A stretch of DNA of 64,000 bases from Planctomycetota bacterium. GTDB taxonomy: Bacteria > Planctomycetota > UBA1135 > UBA2386. The DNA lies in the NCBI GenBank assembly GCA_029936315.1, contig JAPYTD010000012.1, positions 15,455 to 79,454 on the forward strand, read 5' to 3'. Each line of letters opens with the position of its first letter. The stretch's first letter is position 1. Shown piece by piece: positions 42,904 through 51,777 of the stretch. The notes under the pieces were generated by a model that was not told where the DNA came from, did not search any database, and saw only the letters and a list, made by a program, of their open reading frames with translations. A program made the translations under genes and the position numbers.

Positions 42904-43865
42904 GTCAGTCCTTCCGTTTCGTCGAACCCGAGTATCAGGTTCATGTTCTGTAGTGCTTGGCCACTGGCGCCCTTGATCAGGTTGTCAATGGCGCTGGTGA
43001 TGACCACCAGTGGGCCGCTTTCGTGCACGGCGATGTGGCATTGGTTGGTCTGTTGCACGGCGTGCAGTTCGGGCGTGCCGTCTTGGTAGACGGTCACGAA
43101 CGGTTCGTTGCCGTACTGCTCGCTCAGGCAGTTTCGCATTGCGGCCGCGTCGACGCCGGTGGCAGGTGTCACGTAGATCGTGCTCAGGATGCCACGGAAC
43201 GTTGGCAACAGGTGCGGCGTGAACACGATGGCTGTGCCGAGTTCTTGGGCGATCTCCGGGCCGTGTCGGTGTGTGCCAATGCCGTAGGCCAGGAAGTTGT
43301 CGTGCACGTTGCCGAAGTGGCTGCGCTCGCTCGGCTGCTTGCCGGCACCGCTGATGCCGCTCTTGGAGTCGGCGATCAGGTTCGCATCGCTGTCGATGAG
43401 GCCGTGCTGTTGCAGCGGCAACAGTGGCAGCAGAATCGAAGTTGGATAGCAACCCGGGTTGGCGACCAGAGCCGCATTGGCAACTTCGCTGCGCTTGTGT
43501 TCCGTCAGACCATAGACCGCCGTGTTGAGCAGTTCGGGTGCGGCATGTTCTTGGCCATAGGTGGCCGCGAACGCCTGCGCATCCCGCATCCGGAAGTCCG
43601 CCGACAGGTCGACGACCGGCTTGCCCATCGAGACGGCCTGCTTTGCCAGTTGGCTGGCGGCACCGTGGGGCGTGCATAAGAAGACCCCGTCGACGTCGGC
43701 GAACCGGGCTGGGTTGAGAGGCTCCAATAGAAGTCCCGCATCGGTGGAGCCTTCGAGACGAGAACTCATCAACACGCTCGTCGAAATATTGGCGTGCCGT
43801 TGCAACAGCCGCTGTAGTTCGCGCCCGGTGTAGCCAGACGCGCCAACGATGGCGACAGACTTCAC
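42900..43865 (-). CDS. argC: N-acetyl-gamma-glutamyl-phosphate reductase
   Basis: [18 protein letters not shown], the active-site ANPGCYPTS, and KSGISGAG are present. Confidence 0.9.
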   Translation of the reverse strand: MKSVAIVGASGYTGRELQRLLQRHANISTSVLMSSRLEGSTDAGLLLEPLNPARFADVDGVFLCTPHGAASQLAKQAVSMGKPVVDLSADFRMRDAQAFAATYGQEHAAPELLNTAVYGLTEHKRSEVANAALVANPGCYPTSILLPLLPLQQHGLIDSDANLIADSKSGISGAGKQPSERSHFGNVHDNFLAYGIGTHRHGPEIAQELGTAIVFTPHLLPTFRGILSTIYVTPATGVDAAAMRNCLSEQYGNEPFVTVYQDGTPELHAVQQTNQCHIAVHESGPLVVITSAIDNLIKGASGQALQNMNLILGFDETEGLT

Positions 43866-44344
43866 GGCATGCTCCGTTGCAAGTGACTCGGTTGCAGCTT
43901 GCGCGCGAGGGCCTTGGCCTTGCGATCATCGGGGCAGATCACGAGCACCGTGTCGTCGCCAGCGATGGTGCCGATCACTTCCGGTAGCTCACTGTTGTCG
44001 ATGGCGAGGCCGAGGGCCTGCGCGCCACCCGGTGGTGTGCGCAGCACCAGTTGGTTCTTGGCGGGGGTCACGGACAGCACCCAGGTATTGATGGTGTGCC
44101 AAAGGCCGAGGGGTCCCGGCTGCGTTGGCATGGCAGTGTTCGGCAGCTCGTAACCGTTCTTGCCTTTGACGACACCGAGGTCGCGCAGGTCGCGCGACAG
44201 CGTTGCCTGGTTGGCCTCGATGCCGGCCTTCTCGAGCTGGTCGCTGAGTACAGCCTGGCTCTTGATCTCGTGCTTGTCGATCAAGCGCAGGATCTGTTGG
44301 CGGCGGGCGTCGCGCGGGTCCGTTGTGGGGGTGGCCTTTTTCAT
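43862..44344 (-). CDS. argR: Arginine repressor ArgR
   Basis: The winged-helix N-terminus is [47 protein letters not shown]. The C-terminal oligomerisation/arginine-binding region is [12 protein letters not shown]. It is the first gene of the arg operon. Confidence 0.9.
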   Translation of the reverse strand: MKKATPTTDPRDARRQQILRLIDKHEIKSQAVLSDQLEKAGIEANQATLSRDLRDLGVVKGKNGYELPNTAMPTQPGPLGLWHTINTWVLSVTPAKNQLVLRTPPGGAQALGLAIDNSELPEVIGTIAGDDTVLVICPDDRKAKALARKLQPSHLQRSMP

Positions 44345-44366
44345 GCCGGAGCGTTCATGCAGCTGG

Positions 44367-44420
44367 ATGCATAGTTATGCATAAGAAAGCATAATTATGC
44401 ATACATCGCACGATTTGCAA
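44367..44420 (-). promoter_or_regulatory. Tandem ARG boxes overlapping a putative promoter of the argR-led operon
   Basis: ATGCATAGTTATGCAT (44367-44382) and the perfect palindrome TGCATAATTATGCA (inside 44388-44402) are 5-6 nt apart in an AT-rich island 23-60 nt upstream of the argR ATG. A -35-like TTGCAA lies at 44415-44420, and CATAAT-type -10 candidates fall inside the boxes (minus-strand sense). Confidence 0.65.
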
Positions 44421-44437
44421 CCCGCCTTTGCAGAATC

Positions 44438-45193
44438 TCAGTTGGTCACCGCATAGACGACCCGGCCACCCCACTCGTGCATCGCTAAACACGTGTCACG
44501 CAAGCCGTTCCAGTGGGGCACGAAGCTGGTCCAGCTTGCAAAGATCTCGCCGCGAAATCCGGTGGGAGCGGCGATCGCTTCGATGCCCGCGCGGCGGAAA
44601 CAGTCGATGGCACGGGGCATGTGCCACGCCGAAGTGACCAGCAGCACCTTTTTCACGCCGTTCTGCTTGAGCAGCTCGGCGCTGTAGCGCGCGTTCTCGC
44701 GGGTGTCTGCCGAGCGCTCTTCACGCCAGACCGCCTCCGCCGAGAGCTCGTTTTTGGCGGTCCACTGCATCATGCTCGCTAGCGTCGGCGCATTCCGCCT
44801 TGGCACGCCGCCACTGACGAGCATCGGCAGCTGCGTGCGCCGTTGCAGGAGCGCGGCGTAGCGCAGTCGCTGCATCGTTGTCGGGCCGATGACGGGCGCT
44901 CCGTATTCACTGGCGACGACATCGGCGCCCGCGCTGAGAACGACGATCGCTTGCGCACCCTGATTGCCCTTGCCGGGGTCGAGTGCCGGGTAGCTTTGCA
45001 GCGAGTGCAACAGCATGCCGCCGACGCACGGCATCGACGCGAGCAACAGCCAAACGATGGCGACAACTTGAAGGGTGCGGCCGAGCTTGCGGCGCCAGCG
45101 CAGCAGCGCGGTGCCAAGCAAGAACATTACGAGAACCGAGCCCGGCGGCAGGATCAGGGTTTCGAACAAGCGACTGAGCATTACCGGCAGCAT
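44438..45193 (-). CDS. YdcF/ElyC-like DUF218 family protein
   Basis: Two N-terminal TM helices. AIVVLSAG, MLVSGG and SADTRENARYSAELLKQNGVKKVLLVTSAWHMPRA are typical of DUF218. Confidence 0.8.
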   Translation of the reverse strand: MLPVMLSRLFETLILPPGSVLVMFLLGTALLRWRRKLGRTLQVVAIVWLLLASMPCVGGMLLHSLQSYPALDPGKGNQGAQAIVVLSAGADVVASEYGAPVIGPTTMQRLRYAALLQRRTQLPMLVSGGVPRRNAPTLASMMQWTAKNELSAEAVWREERSADTRENARYSAELLKQNGVKKVLLVTSAWHMPRAIDCFRRAGIEAIAAPTGFRGEIFASWTSFVPHWNGLRDTCLAMHEWGGRVVYAVTN

Positions 45194-45221
45194 ACGGCCG
45201 CCGGCGTCATGGAGTCAGCTC

Positions 45222-45836
45222 CTACTTGGTGCCCTTGCTGTCCTGCTTCTCGGCCTTCTTGACCGCAATGATCTTGAGGTCGGCGGTCAGCGTGTGCGGA
45301 CCCCAGGCAAGCGTGAACGAACCAGTCATCGGGTCCGCCTTGTTGGAGCGCAGCGACATCAGCATCTTCGAGACGCTTTCCTTGGCGACGTTCTTGTTGA
45401 GCTTGAGCGGCGTGACGACGTCCGGCTTCCAGGTGTTCGGCGTGAACGGCATCAGGCCCTTTCTCATCGCCTTGTTGGCGTTGATCATCGCCAGCGAGAA
45501 GTTGCCTGCCTTGTCACACTTGAGCGCGACGACGTAGCTGCCGGGCTTCACCTTGGTGCCGCCGATCTTAAGGGGCACGCTGGTCATGAAGGTCGTCCAC
45601 AGGTTCTTGCCGAGGCGATGCGTCTTGCCCTTCAGCTTGTCGAGCATGTCGGTGTATTCCGCCTTCCAGATCGGTTGGCCGTGGGTCACGTTGATGCCGG
45701 CCACCAGGTCGTCACCAAAGAGCACCAGGCTGCTGTCGGCGCGGGTCGTGTCACCGCCGAAGACCTGCACTTGGGCGGTTGCGGGAAGGGCAAGGCAGAT
45801 GGCCGCAAGGGCCGCGGAGAGGATTGGGAGTCGCAT
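45222..45836 (-). CDS. Secreted DUF2911-like protein
   Basis: Has the signal peptide MRLPILSAALAAICLALPATA. INVTHGQPIW...RLGKNLWTTFMTSVPLKIGGTKVKPGSYVVAL loosely matches the DUF2911 pattern (YG.P ... WR.GAN.aT ... G..l.aG.Y.l). The match is weak. Confidence 0.4.
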   Translation of the reverse strand: MRLPILSAALAAICLALPATAQVQVFGGDTTRADSSLVLFGDDLVAGINVTHGQPIWKAEYTDMLDKLKGKTHRLGKNLWTTFMTSVPLKIGGTKVKPGSYVVALKCDKAGNFSLAMINANKAMRKGLMPFTPNTWKPDVVTPLKLNKNVAKESVSKMLMSLRSNKADPMTGSFTLAWGPHTLTADLKIIAVKKAEKQDSKGTK

Positions 45837-46078
45837 CGTGGAGCTTTCGTATGGGGGGGCGGTAAGGATCGCCGCAAGGTACGGCGGGCCGCTCTCGACG
45901 CAAGTGTGAGCGTTGTGAGCCGTTGATTCTGAAGTTGATGGGTCGGTAGCCATGGTTTCCTAACCCGGGTGGGCTTGCGGACGTTGGAACGCGTTGGCCG
46001 CGCAGCTACCGTCGTCCGCCCATTTGCTTATCCGTTGGGCACACTCGTCTCAGTGTGCACGCCCGCACGCCACCCATC

Positions 46079-47989
46079 ATGTCGACTGACTCCCAGAATC
46101 CCGCGCCCAACCCCGAACCACCCAGCCACATCGATGCCGTCGATGCGCAGGGCCAGCGCGTTCGCATTCCGCGCGAAGAATACGCCAGCAAGGTGTTGCC
46201 GGATCTGCTCAAGGCCAATGACAGCAACCCGGACCAGTTGACTGGGGTGATCATGCAGGCGGTGCGCGATGGCTTTGCCGAGCAGGTCATCCCGGCCGCC
46301 AATCGACTGACCGTGATTGACAAGGACAACATCGAGCGCGCCTTGACGGTGTTGGCCGTCGTGCAGCGCGACTGCAACGAACTCGAACTTGCCGAGAGCA
46401 CGCTCAACGAACTGCTGCAGAGAAAGCCCGGTTCGCCCGCCGCCTACGTTGGCCTCGGCATGCTGCAGGAGCGCCAGGGCAACCTCGACAAGTGCATCGA
46501 ACTGCTCTGGCAGGCGTTGGCGAAGGACTGCAACCATCCCGATGCCGTGCACGGTTACCTGCAGACGCGACACCGCCAAGTCGGCGACGATGGCTACCCG
46601 GCCGAAATCGAGAAGGTCATGGCACTGCCCGGTTCGTGGCGCGCGCAGATGTGGATGGCTCGTCTGTTGCTGTCGAAGCAGGACGATGCAGGCGCCGCGT
46701 CGATCTACCGCGACGTGCTCGGCGTCGATGACATCGAGAGCGATGCACTGCTGATGGCCAGTGCCGACCTTGTGCAGGCGGAAAAAGGTGAGCTCATTGA
46801 CGAGCTGATCGTCAAGCGTTTCGTGCCGGGGCAACACCATCCGCACATCGGCATGGCGCTGTTGCAGCACTACCGCATGCGCAAAGACCACGTCGCCGGC
46901 GAACAACTGCTGCACACGATGTACGTGCACTACGGCCACATGATCGGCGGCGACTTGCAGCCGTTCTCGGCGGAGTTCGATCGCATGCGCTTGAGCAAGC
47001 TGCCACCGATGCCGCAGCTGCCGGAAAACCCCAAGGTCAACATCATGCGACTGGATCGGCCGCTGTGGTATGCCGGCTTTGATGACCCATCGTGGTTGCT
47101 GCCGCCTAAGGGCGAAGGCCACAAGCACGTCATGGTGTTTGCGCTCGCGATGGACGGCCAGCCGAAGCTCGAACCGCACCAAGAAGAAGAGGTCGGCCGC
47201 GCGACCCGCAGCCTGTCGTTGTGGTTTGCCGAGCAGCTATGGCTGTCGACACCACATCGCGCTACGGCGGCCTTGCCGATGGCCGAGAACGGTGGTTGGG
47301 CGGTGCTTGGCCGGCCGTGGCCCGAAGAGCAGTTGGCGATGCAAGTGCCGGAGAACGAGCGGCAGGACATGATCCTCGTGACTGGTCAGATGCGCATCGA
47401 TGGCGATCGCCGCCGCATCGACTTGTGGGCCTATGACTGCGCTAGCAAACAACGCATCGGTCATGCAGCCGCCGAAGGTGCGCACGAAGAACACGGCGCG
47501 CTGCTGTTGCAGTTGATGAGCGAGCTTTGGCCCGTTCTCGGCGGTCCGGCCGGCCACAAACCGCAGACCGGCGATGCGCAGTTCTGGCATCGCTACGCCG
47601 ATGGCATGGGCCAGCACGCCGCGCTCGTCATCACCCAGACCGGCGGCTTGCCGCGTGAGCGGCTCTACGGCGAACGCTACATCACGCAGTGGCTGCACAA
47701 CGCTGCACTCGCCGAGACGCGTTGGCAGCCGGGATTTTGGTTGATGGGTTCCGCAATGTGCGTGCTCGACCAGTTGGGCTCGAAGGTGCCGATCGAACAC
47801 GCGCGGCTGATCTCCGAAGTGTTTCGCCAGTCGCCAGCGAACAGTGCCTTCGTAAGGTTGGGCGCCAAGGTGCTGCCGGCGTGTGGTCTGCTGCCGCTGT
47901 GGCAGGAACGTCGCGACGAAGTGATGGCCGCCGCCGCCAACGAAAGTGGCGTGTTGGCGTGGCTGCAGAAGGTCGAAACGACGGCGTAG
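46079..47989 (+). CDS. Hypothetical protein with N-terminal TPR-like repeats and a roughly 350-aa C-terminal region of unknown fold
   Basis: TPR-like units include AAYVGLGMLQERQGNLDKCIELLWQALAKDCNHPDAVHGYL. No motif was recognised in the C-terminal half. Coding-like GC3 holds throughout. Confidence 0.6.
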   Translation: MSTDSQNPAPNPEPPSHIDAVDAQGQRVRIPREEYASKVLPDLLKANDSNPDQLTGVIMQAVRDGFAEQVIPAANRLTVIDKDNIERALTVLAVVQRDCNELELAESTLNELLQRKPGSPAAYVGLGMLQERQGNLDKCIELLWQALAKDCNHPDAVHGYLQTRHRQVGDDGYPAEIEKVMALPGSWRAQMWMARLLLSKQDDAGAASIYRDVLGVDDIESDALLMASADLVQAEKGELIDELIVKRFVPGQHHPHIGMALLQHYRMRKDHVAGEQLLHTMYVHYGHMIGGDLQPFSAEFDRMRLSKLPPMPQLPENPKVNIMRLDRPLWYAGFDDPSWLLPPKGEGHKHVMVFALAMDGQPKLEPHQEEEVGRATRSLSLWFAEQLWLSTPHRATAALPMAENGGWAVLGRPWPEEQLAMQVPENERQDMILVTGQMRIDGDRRRIDLWAYDCASKQRIGHAAAEGAHEEHGALLLQLMSELWPVLGGPAGHKPQTGDAQFWHRYADGMGQHAALVITQTGGLPRERLYGERYITQWLHNAALAETRWQPGFWLMGSAMCVLDQLGSKVPIEHARLISEVFRQSPANSAFVRLGAKVLPACGLLPLWQERRDEVMAAAANESGVLAWLQKVETTA

Positions 47990-48009
47990 CTTCGCCGCAT
48001 GCTTGGCCC

Positions 48010-48516
48010 TCAGATGCCGCCGCCGAAGTGGATGTCCACGAAGCCGGCGGCACGGCATAGATCCGCGGTGCGGGCGATGTCTTCGTAGCACGTGCCTGGA
48101 TAGCCCTCGACGACGCACGACATCAGCTTGCGGCCGCCAGTCGCGCGGTCGGGGATCATCGACGAGGGGTCCACGGCTATGCGGCTCAGTTCTTGTTCGC
48201 CAGCCTCGAAGGTGGCGCAGACCCGAGGGCCAACTTCGAGCCGCACTTTGTGGCCCTTGAGTTGGAAGCGCGCTGGACGGGTCGGGTCCTGAACTTGCGT
48301 GCCTCGCTGTTCGAGGTGCACGCGCACGACCAGTTGGTTTTCTGGCTCGACGCGGGTGGGGCGCGCGCCCTTGTCCGCCGGCAAGAACGCATCGAGCTTC
48401 GATTCGAGCACTTTGAACTCGATGCAGATGAAGAACACGATGAGCAAGAAGACGACGTCGATCATCGGCGTCATGTCCATCTTGTACTCTTCGTCCGGTT
48501 GCGCGATTTGTGTCAT
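48010..48516 (-). CDS. exbD: ExbD/TolR-family biopolymer transport protein
   Basis: MDMTPMIDVVFLLIVFFI is the canonical N-terminal TM signature. The size is typical. No exbB, tolQ or tonB gene is adjacent. Confidence 0.8.
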   Translation of the reverse strand: MTQIAQPDEEYKMDMTPMIDVVFLLIVFFICIEFKVLESKLDAFLPADKGARPTRVEPENQLVVRVHLEQRGTQVQDPTRPARFQLKGHKVRLEVGPRVCATFEAGEQELSRIAVDPSSMIPDRATGGRKLMSCVVEGYPGTCYEDIARTADLCRAAGFVDIHFGGGI

Positions 48517-48606
48517 GGGCAGTATGCAACCCAACGCACCAAGGCCGCGAACGGATCAGTCCTCGGCAACCTTTTGTGCGGCACCCGCCCCTTTCTACTC
48601 AGGCTG

Positions 48607-50196
48607 CTACTTAGGCGGTGTCGCGCCGCACAGCGCCGAGAGCATTGCCACGACCGGCCGGGCGCTCGGGTTGCCGTGCTGCCAGTCGCCGCCTTCGCAG
48701 CCGCTGCCACCGATGTCTATGTGCGTAAACGGCAATGGCTTAGCGCCGTCGTTGCCATGGCCTTCGAGGCCTGCCGCCAACACCAAGAACGCCGCCGGGA
48801 ACTGGTGGCCGCGTGCGGTCGCCGAACTCGGAGCGTTGTTGCACTGCAACACATCGTCGGCCTTGGTCTTGCCGCCAACAAAGTCGTAGTCCTCGCGACG
48901 TAGGCGCGACACTTCGAACGGATCCCCGAGCAGGTCGCCAGCCGCGCTTAGCGACGCAGAGATTCCTTTGCTGCGTGCCGGGCCGTTGTCGAGCGAGATG
49001 TTGTAGTCGCCAACCGCCCGGCCGGCGTGGCCCGTCAGCGTCGCAACGGTGAACAATTCGGGCGCCGTCGCCTTGACGGCGTCGATGCGCAGGTGAGACA
49101 AAAGATCGGCGAGCACGAGTCGTCCTTCGGCATCGGTGTTGCCGATGCGCACGCGGCAACCGGCGTGGCTCTTGATGATTTCATCGGCGACGAATGCATC
49201 GCTGCCGATGCTGTTGCGCACGCAGCCGAGCTCAGCAATCAAGTGTACGCCAGTCAATCCCAGCTTGGCTGCGGCGAGCACAATGCCGGCTGCAGCGGCA
49301 GCGCCGCCCTTGTCGCGGCTCATGCCGGCCATGTGGCCGCCAACCTTGAGGTCGGCACCGCCGGTGTCGTAGGTTACGCCCTTACCGGCGAGCAGGATCG
49401 TGCGCGTGATCTTGCCCTTCGGTTTGTATTCCATGCGCACGACGCACGGTCGATGACGCGCGACGGCCATCGACGACCGCGCCACCGCCATCATCAGCGG
49501 GTAGCCCTTCTCGAGCTTCGCCTTGTCCTTGGTGACGCTGACCTTCACCGCCGTGCCCTTGCAGGCAGACTGCACGTAAGCGCCGAACTTCAGCGGGGCC
49601 ATGCGTTCGGGGTTGGTGCCGGCGAGGTCGCGAGCTAAGCGCATGCCCTCGTGAACAGCAGCGACCCACTGGGCGGCAGCGTTCGAGAAGTCGCCACCGA
49701 GAACGCAGATGCCGAGCTTCTGCACCGGCTCGACGTTCTTGGCGCCAAGGTCTTCACGCGCTTCGAGTGGTTGCCACAAACCACCACACGCACCGAGCGC
49801 CGCAATCGTTGCGGCATGGCCGAAGCGGACCTTGTTCGATTTCTGCTTCGGCGGCGATTGCAACATGAGCAACACGGCCTTCGCGCCGGCATCTCGTGCC
49901 CGCTTGACCCCTCGGCTGGCCGCTTCGGCATAGCGACGTACGTCGTCGTAGTCGCGCGTGATAGGGCCAGTGGGGGCGACGATCAGGCGGCCGCCGGCGA
50001 TGCCTTTGGCGGCGACGAAGTTGACTGCTGACGCCGCACTGGCGTCAGCGCCGGCGAGCGACCTTAACGCCTCGCGCAGCGGCTTGGCGTTCACCTTGGT
50101 GGGTTCGTGGCCAACGAGGACAACGGCGTCGTAGCCGGACCGGGCGAGCACGGCGGCTTCGGGATTCTTCTCAGCGAGGATGCGCATGCTGCGCAT
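48607..50196 (-). CDS. pepA: M17 leucyl aminopeptidase family protein
   Basis: GKGVTYDTGGADLKVGGHMAGMSRDKGGAA and the signature NTDAEGRLVLAD are present. Confidence 0.85.
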   Translation of the reverse strand: MRSMRILAEKNPEAAVLARSGYDAVVLVGHEPTKVNAKPLREALRSLAGADASAASAVNFVAAKGIAGGRLIVAPTGPITRDYDDVRRYAEAASRGVKRARDAGAKAVLLMLQSPPKQKSNKVRFGHAATIAALGACGGLWQPLEAREDLGAKNVEPVQKLGICVLGGDFSNAAAQWVAAVHEGMRLARDLAGTNPERMAPLKFGAYVQSACKGTAVKVSVTKDKAKLEKGYPLMMAVARSSMAVARHRPCVVRMEYKPKGKITRTILLAGKGVTYDTGGADLKVGGHMAGMSRDKGGAAAAAGIVLAAAKLGLTGVHLIAELGCVRNSIGSDAFVADEIIKSHAGCRVRIGNTDAEGRLVLADLLSHLRIDAVKATAPELFTVATLTGHAGRAVGDYNISLDNGPARSKGISASLSAAGDLLGDPFEVSRLRREDYDFVGGKTKADDVLQCNNAPSSATARGHQFPAAFLVLAAGLEGHGNDGAKPLPFTHIDIGGSGCEGGDWQHGNPSARPVVAMLSALCGATPPK

Positions 50197-50446
50197 CGTG
50201 CAGTTCGAGGGGATGGCAGGCAACGGTGTCGATCAAAGTCCTCGACGAGACCCATGCTTCCGGGGTCAATCGCTTGATGAAGTGCATCCGTTGTCCGATG
50301 CGTGCCCCGTCGATTGTGGCAAGCCCCTTCATGCCTCCGTCGTCGAAGTTGTCGCGGATGCTGCCGGTAAGCCGCGGTTTGTCGAGCAACGACACGAAGC
50401 CGCGCTCCTTCAAGTTGAGCGTGAACCGCACACTCGTGCCTTCCAT
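50171..50446 (-). CDS. Small hypothetical ORF (91 aa), possibly a truncated SRPBCC/CoxG-like remnant; an in-frame TAG lies 11 codons upstream
   Basis: GC3 is coding-like. EGTSVRFTLNLKERGF resembles the GT.v...l strand of SRPBCC proteins. The frame continues upstream through TAG (50477-50479) to ATGs at 50497 and 50518. The 3' end overlaps the pepA start by about 26 nt. Confidence 0.25.
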   Translation of the reverse strand: MEGTSVRFTLNLKERGFVSLLDKPRLTGSIRDNFDDGGMKGLATIDGARIGQRMHFIKRLTPEAWVSSRTLIDTVACHPLELHDAQHAHPR

Positions 50447-50528
50447 CTGTCCGTAGCCGAACGTGTACTGCCCGGCCTACGTGCCGCTGGTCTTCATGGT
50501 AGGTCGCACTTGCTCCATCCGCGCGCGG

Positions 50529-50771
50529 TTACGCGCGCGGACCGTCGTAGCAACTGCGCTCAGGACAGCATGCCTTCGGCGTCACCAACTCGTCGTCTGG
50601 CCCAATTGGCGTGCACGTCTTCTGGCACCAGTAGTAGCCATCACCCGGCTCTTCGCGATCGTCGTAGACCACGTCGGCCATCGATTGGGTGAGGATGTGC
50701 TTCATCGAGAACGCGGGACAAGGATGCTTCGGCATCAGGTCTTGGTGCGTCGTCTGTTTGTGTTCGCTCAT
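50529..50771 (-). CDS. Small (80 aa) six-cysteine protein of unknown function, last gene of the Pao-like cluster
   Basis: MSEHKQTTHQDLMPKHPCPAFS...GDGYYWCQKTCTPIGPDDELVTPKACCPERSCYDGPRA. It starts 6 nt after the FAD-subunit stop. Coding-like GC3. Confidence 0.55.
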   Translation of the reverse strand: MSEHKQTTHQDLMPKHPCPAFSMKHILTQSMADVVYDDREEPGDGYYWCQKTCTPIGPDDELVTPKACCPERSCYDGPRA

Positions 50772-50777
50772 CTAAGA

Positions 50778-51761
50778 TCACCTGGTTGCTTGTTCGAGGG
50801 CGTCGCGCACCACGGCCTTGCCGATCGGCAACTTGAATGCGTTGTGCGCCAGCGGGGCCGCACCTTGGAACGCCATGTCGGCGACGCGCAGGAACAGTCG
50901 TTTGGACGGCTCCTTGCCAATCAGCATCGCGGCGGCCTTCGGCCTTGGCATCGGCACCGGTGCGACAGCACCGAGCACGATGTCGGCGGCGGCGATCTTG
51001 TTGCCGTCCATCGCGATGCGCACAGAGCAGGCAGTCGTTGCCCAGTCGAAGCTTTCCTTCTCGCGGCTCTCGGCGTAGGCCGTGCGCACGTTGGCGGCCT
51101 GCTTCTTGATGTGGATCGCCGTGACGATCTCACCTTCCTGCAGCGTGTGTTCGGGGTTTTCGGCGCGCGGCTCGGCCGGGAACAACTCCGAGAACTTGCG
51201 GCGACGCGTCTCCTTGCCGATCACGGTCGAGTATTCGGCGTCGAGTGCCAACAGTGGTGGCGCCACGTTGCTTGGATGCACGCGCACGCAGTCGGACCAA
51301 CCCATGACCGCGTGGTAACGGTTCTGGCCGGTCATCGCGAGGCAGGTGGGCCCGCGACCACCGTGCAGGCAGTGGAACGCTTCGCTGCGCACATACCAGC
51401 AGCGCGTGAACTGCAGGATGTTGCCGGCGATGGTCCCGCGGTTGCGAACCTGTGGAGTGCCCGTCGTCGATGCCGCCTTGACCAGCGCGGTAAACACCGG
51501 GTCGCGCATCGCCTCGTGGTTCTCGATTTCGGTCAGCGTGGTCAACGCCCCGATGCGTACATCGCCGTTCGCTTCGACCGAGATCCCGGCGAGGTCCGCT
51601 TTGAGTGGCAGCAGGTTGACGATGTTCTGCGGAGTTTGCAGTCGCTCCTTCATGCGGTCGACGATGTCGAGGCCGGCGCCCTTGACGAGCGTGTTCGGCT
51701 GCGCCGCAGCTTCTTTTGCCTCGTCCAGGGACTTCGGCACAATGTAGGTGAACGGTTTCAT
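50778..51761 (-). CDS. Xanthine dehydrogenase-family FAD-binding subunit (PaoB/CoxM-like)
   Basis: MKPFTYIVPKSLDEAKEAAA...LVKGAGLDIVDRMKERL...VRNRGTIAGNI is typical of the FAD_binding_5 fold. The internal ATG at 51761 is preferred. Confidence 0.85.
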   Translation of the reverse strand: MKPFTYIVPKSLDEAKEAAAQPNTLVKGAGLDIVDRMKERLQTPQNIVNLLPLKADLAGISVEANGDVRIGALTTLTEIENHEAMRDPVFTALVKAASTTGTPQVRNRGTIAGNILQFTRCWYVRSEAFHCLHGGRGPTCLAMTGQNRYHAVMGWSDCVRVHPSNVAPPLLALDAEYSTVIGKETRRRKFSELFPAEPRAENPEHTLQEGEIVTAIHIKKQAANVRTAYAESREKESFDWATTACSVRIAMDGNKIAAADIVLGAVAPVPMPRPKAAAMLIGKEPSKRLFLRVADMAFQGAAPLAHNAFKLPIGKAVVRDALEQATR

Positions 51762-51777
51762 CGGTAGTCCTGATTGC

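Noticed and set aside
46028-48529. Two long minus-strand ORFs (46028..47182, 384 aa; 47237..48529, 430 aa)
   Set aside because: Both are Arg/His-rich and antisense to the TPR/unknown gene, and partly overlap exbD in another frame. The plus-strand gene and exbD have much better coding character and motifs.
50463-51767. 434-aa plus-strand ORF
   Set aside because: It is antisense to the XDH-family FAD subunit and the small Cys-rich gene. It is Arg/His/Val-rich with no motifs.
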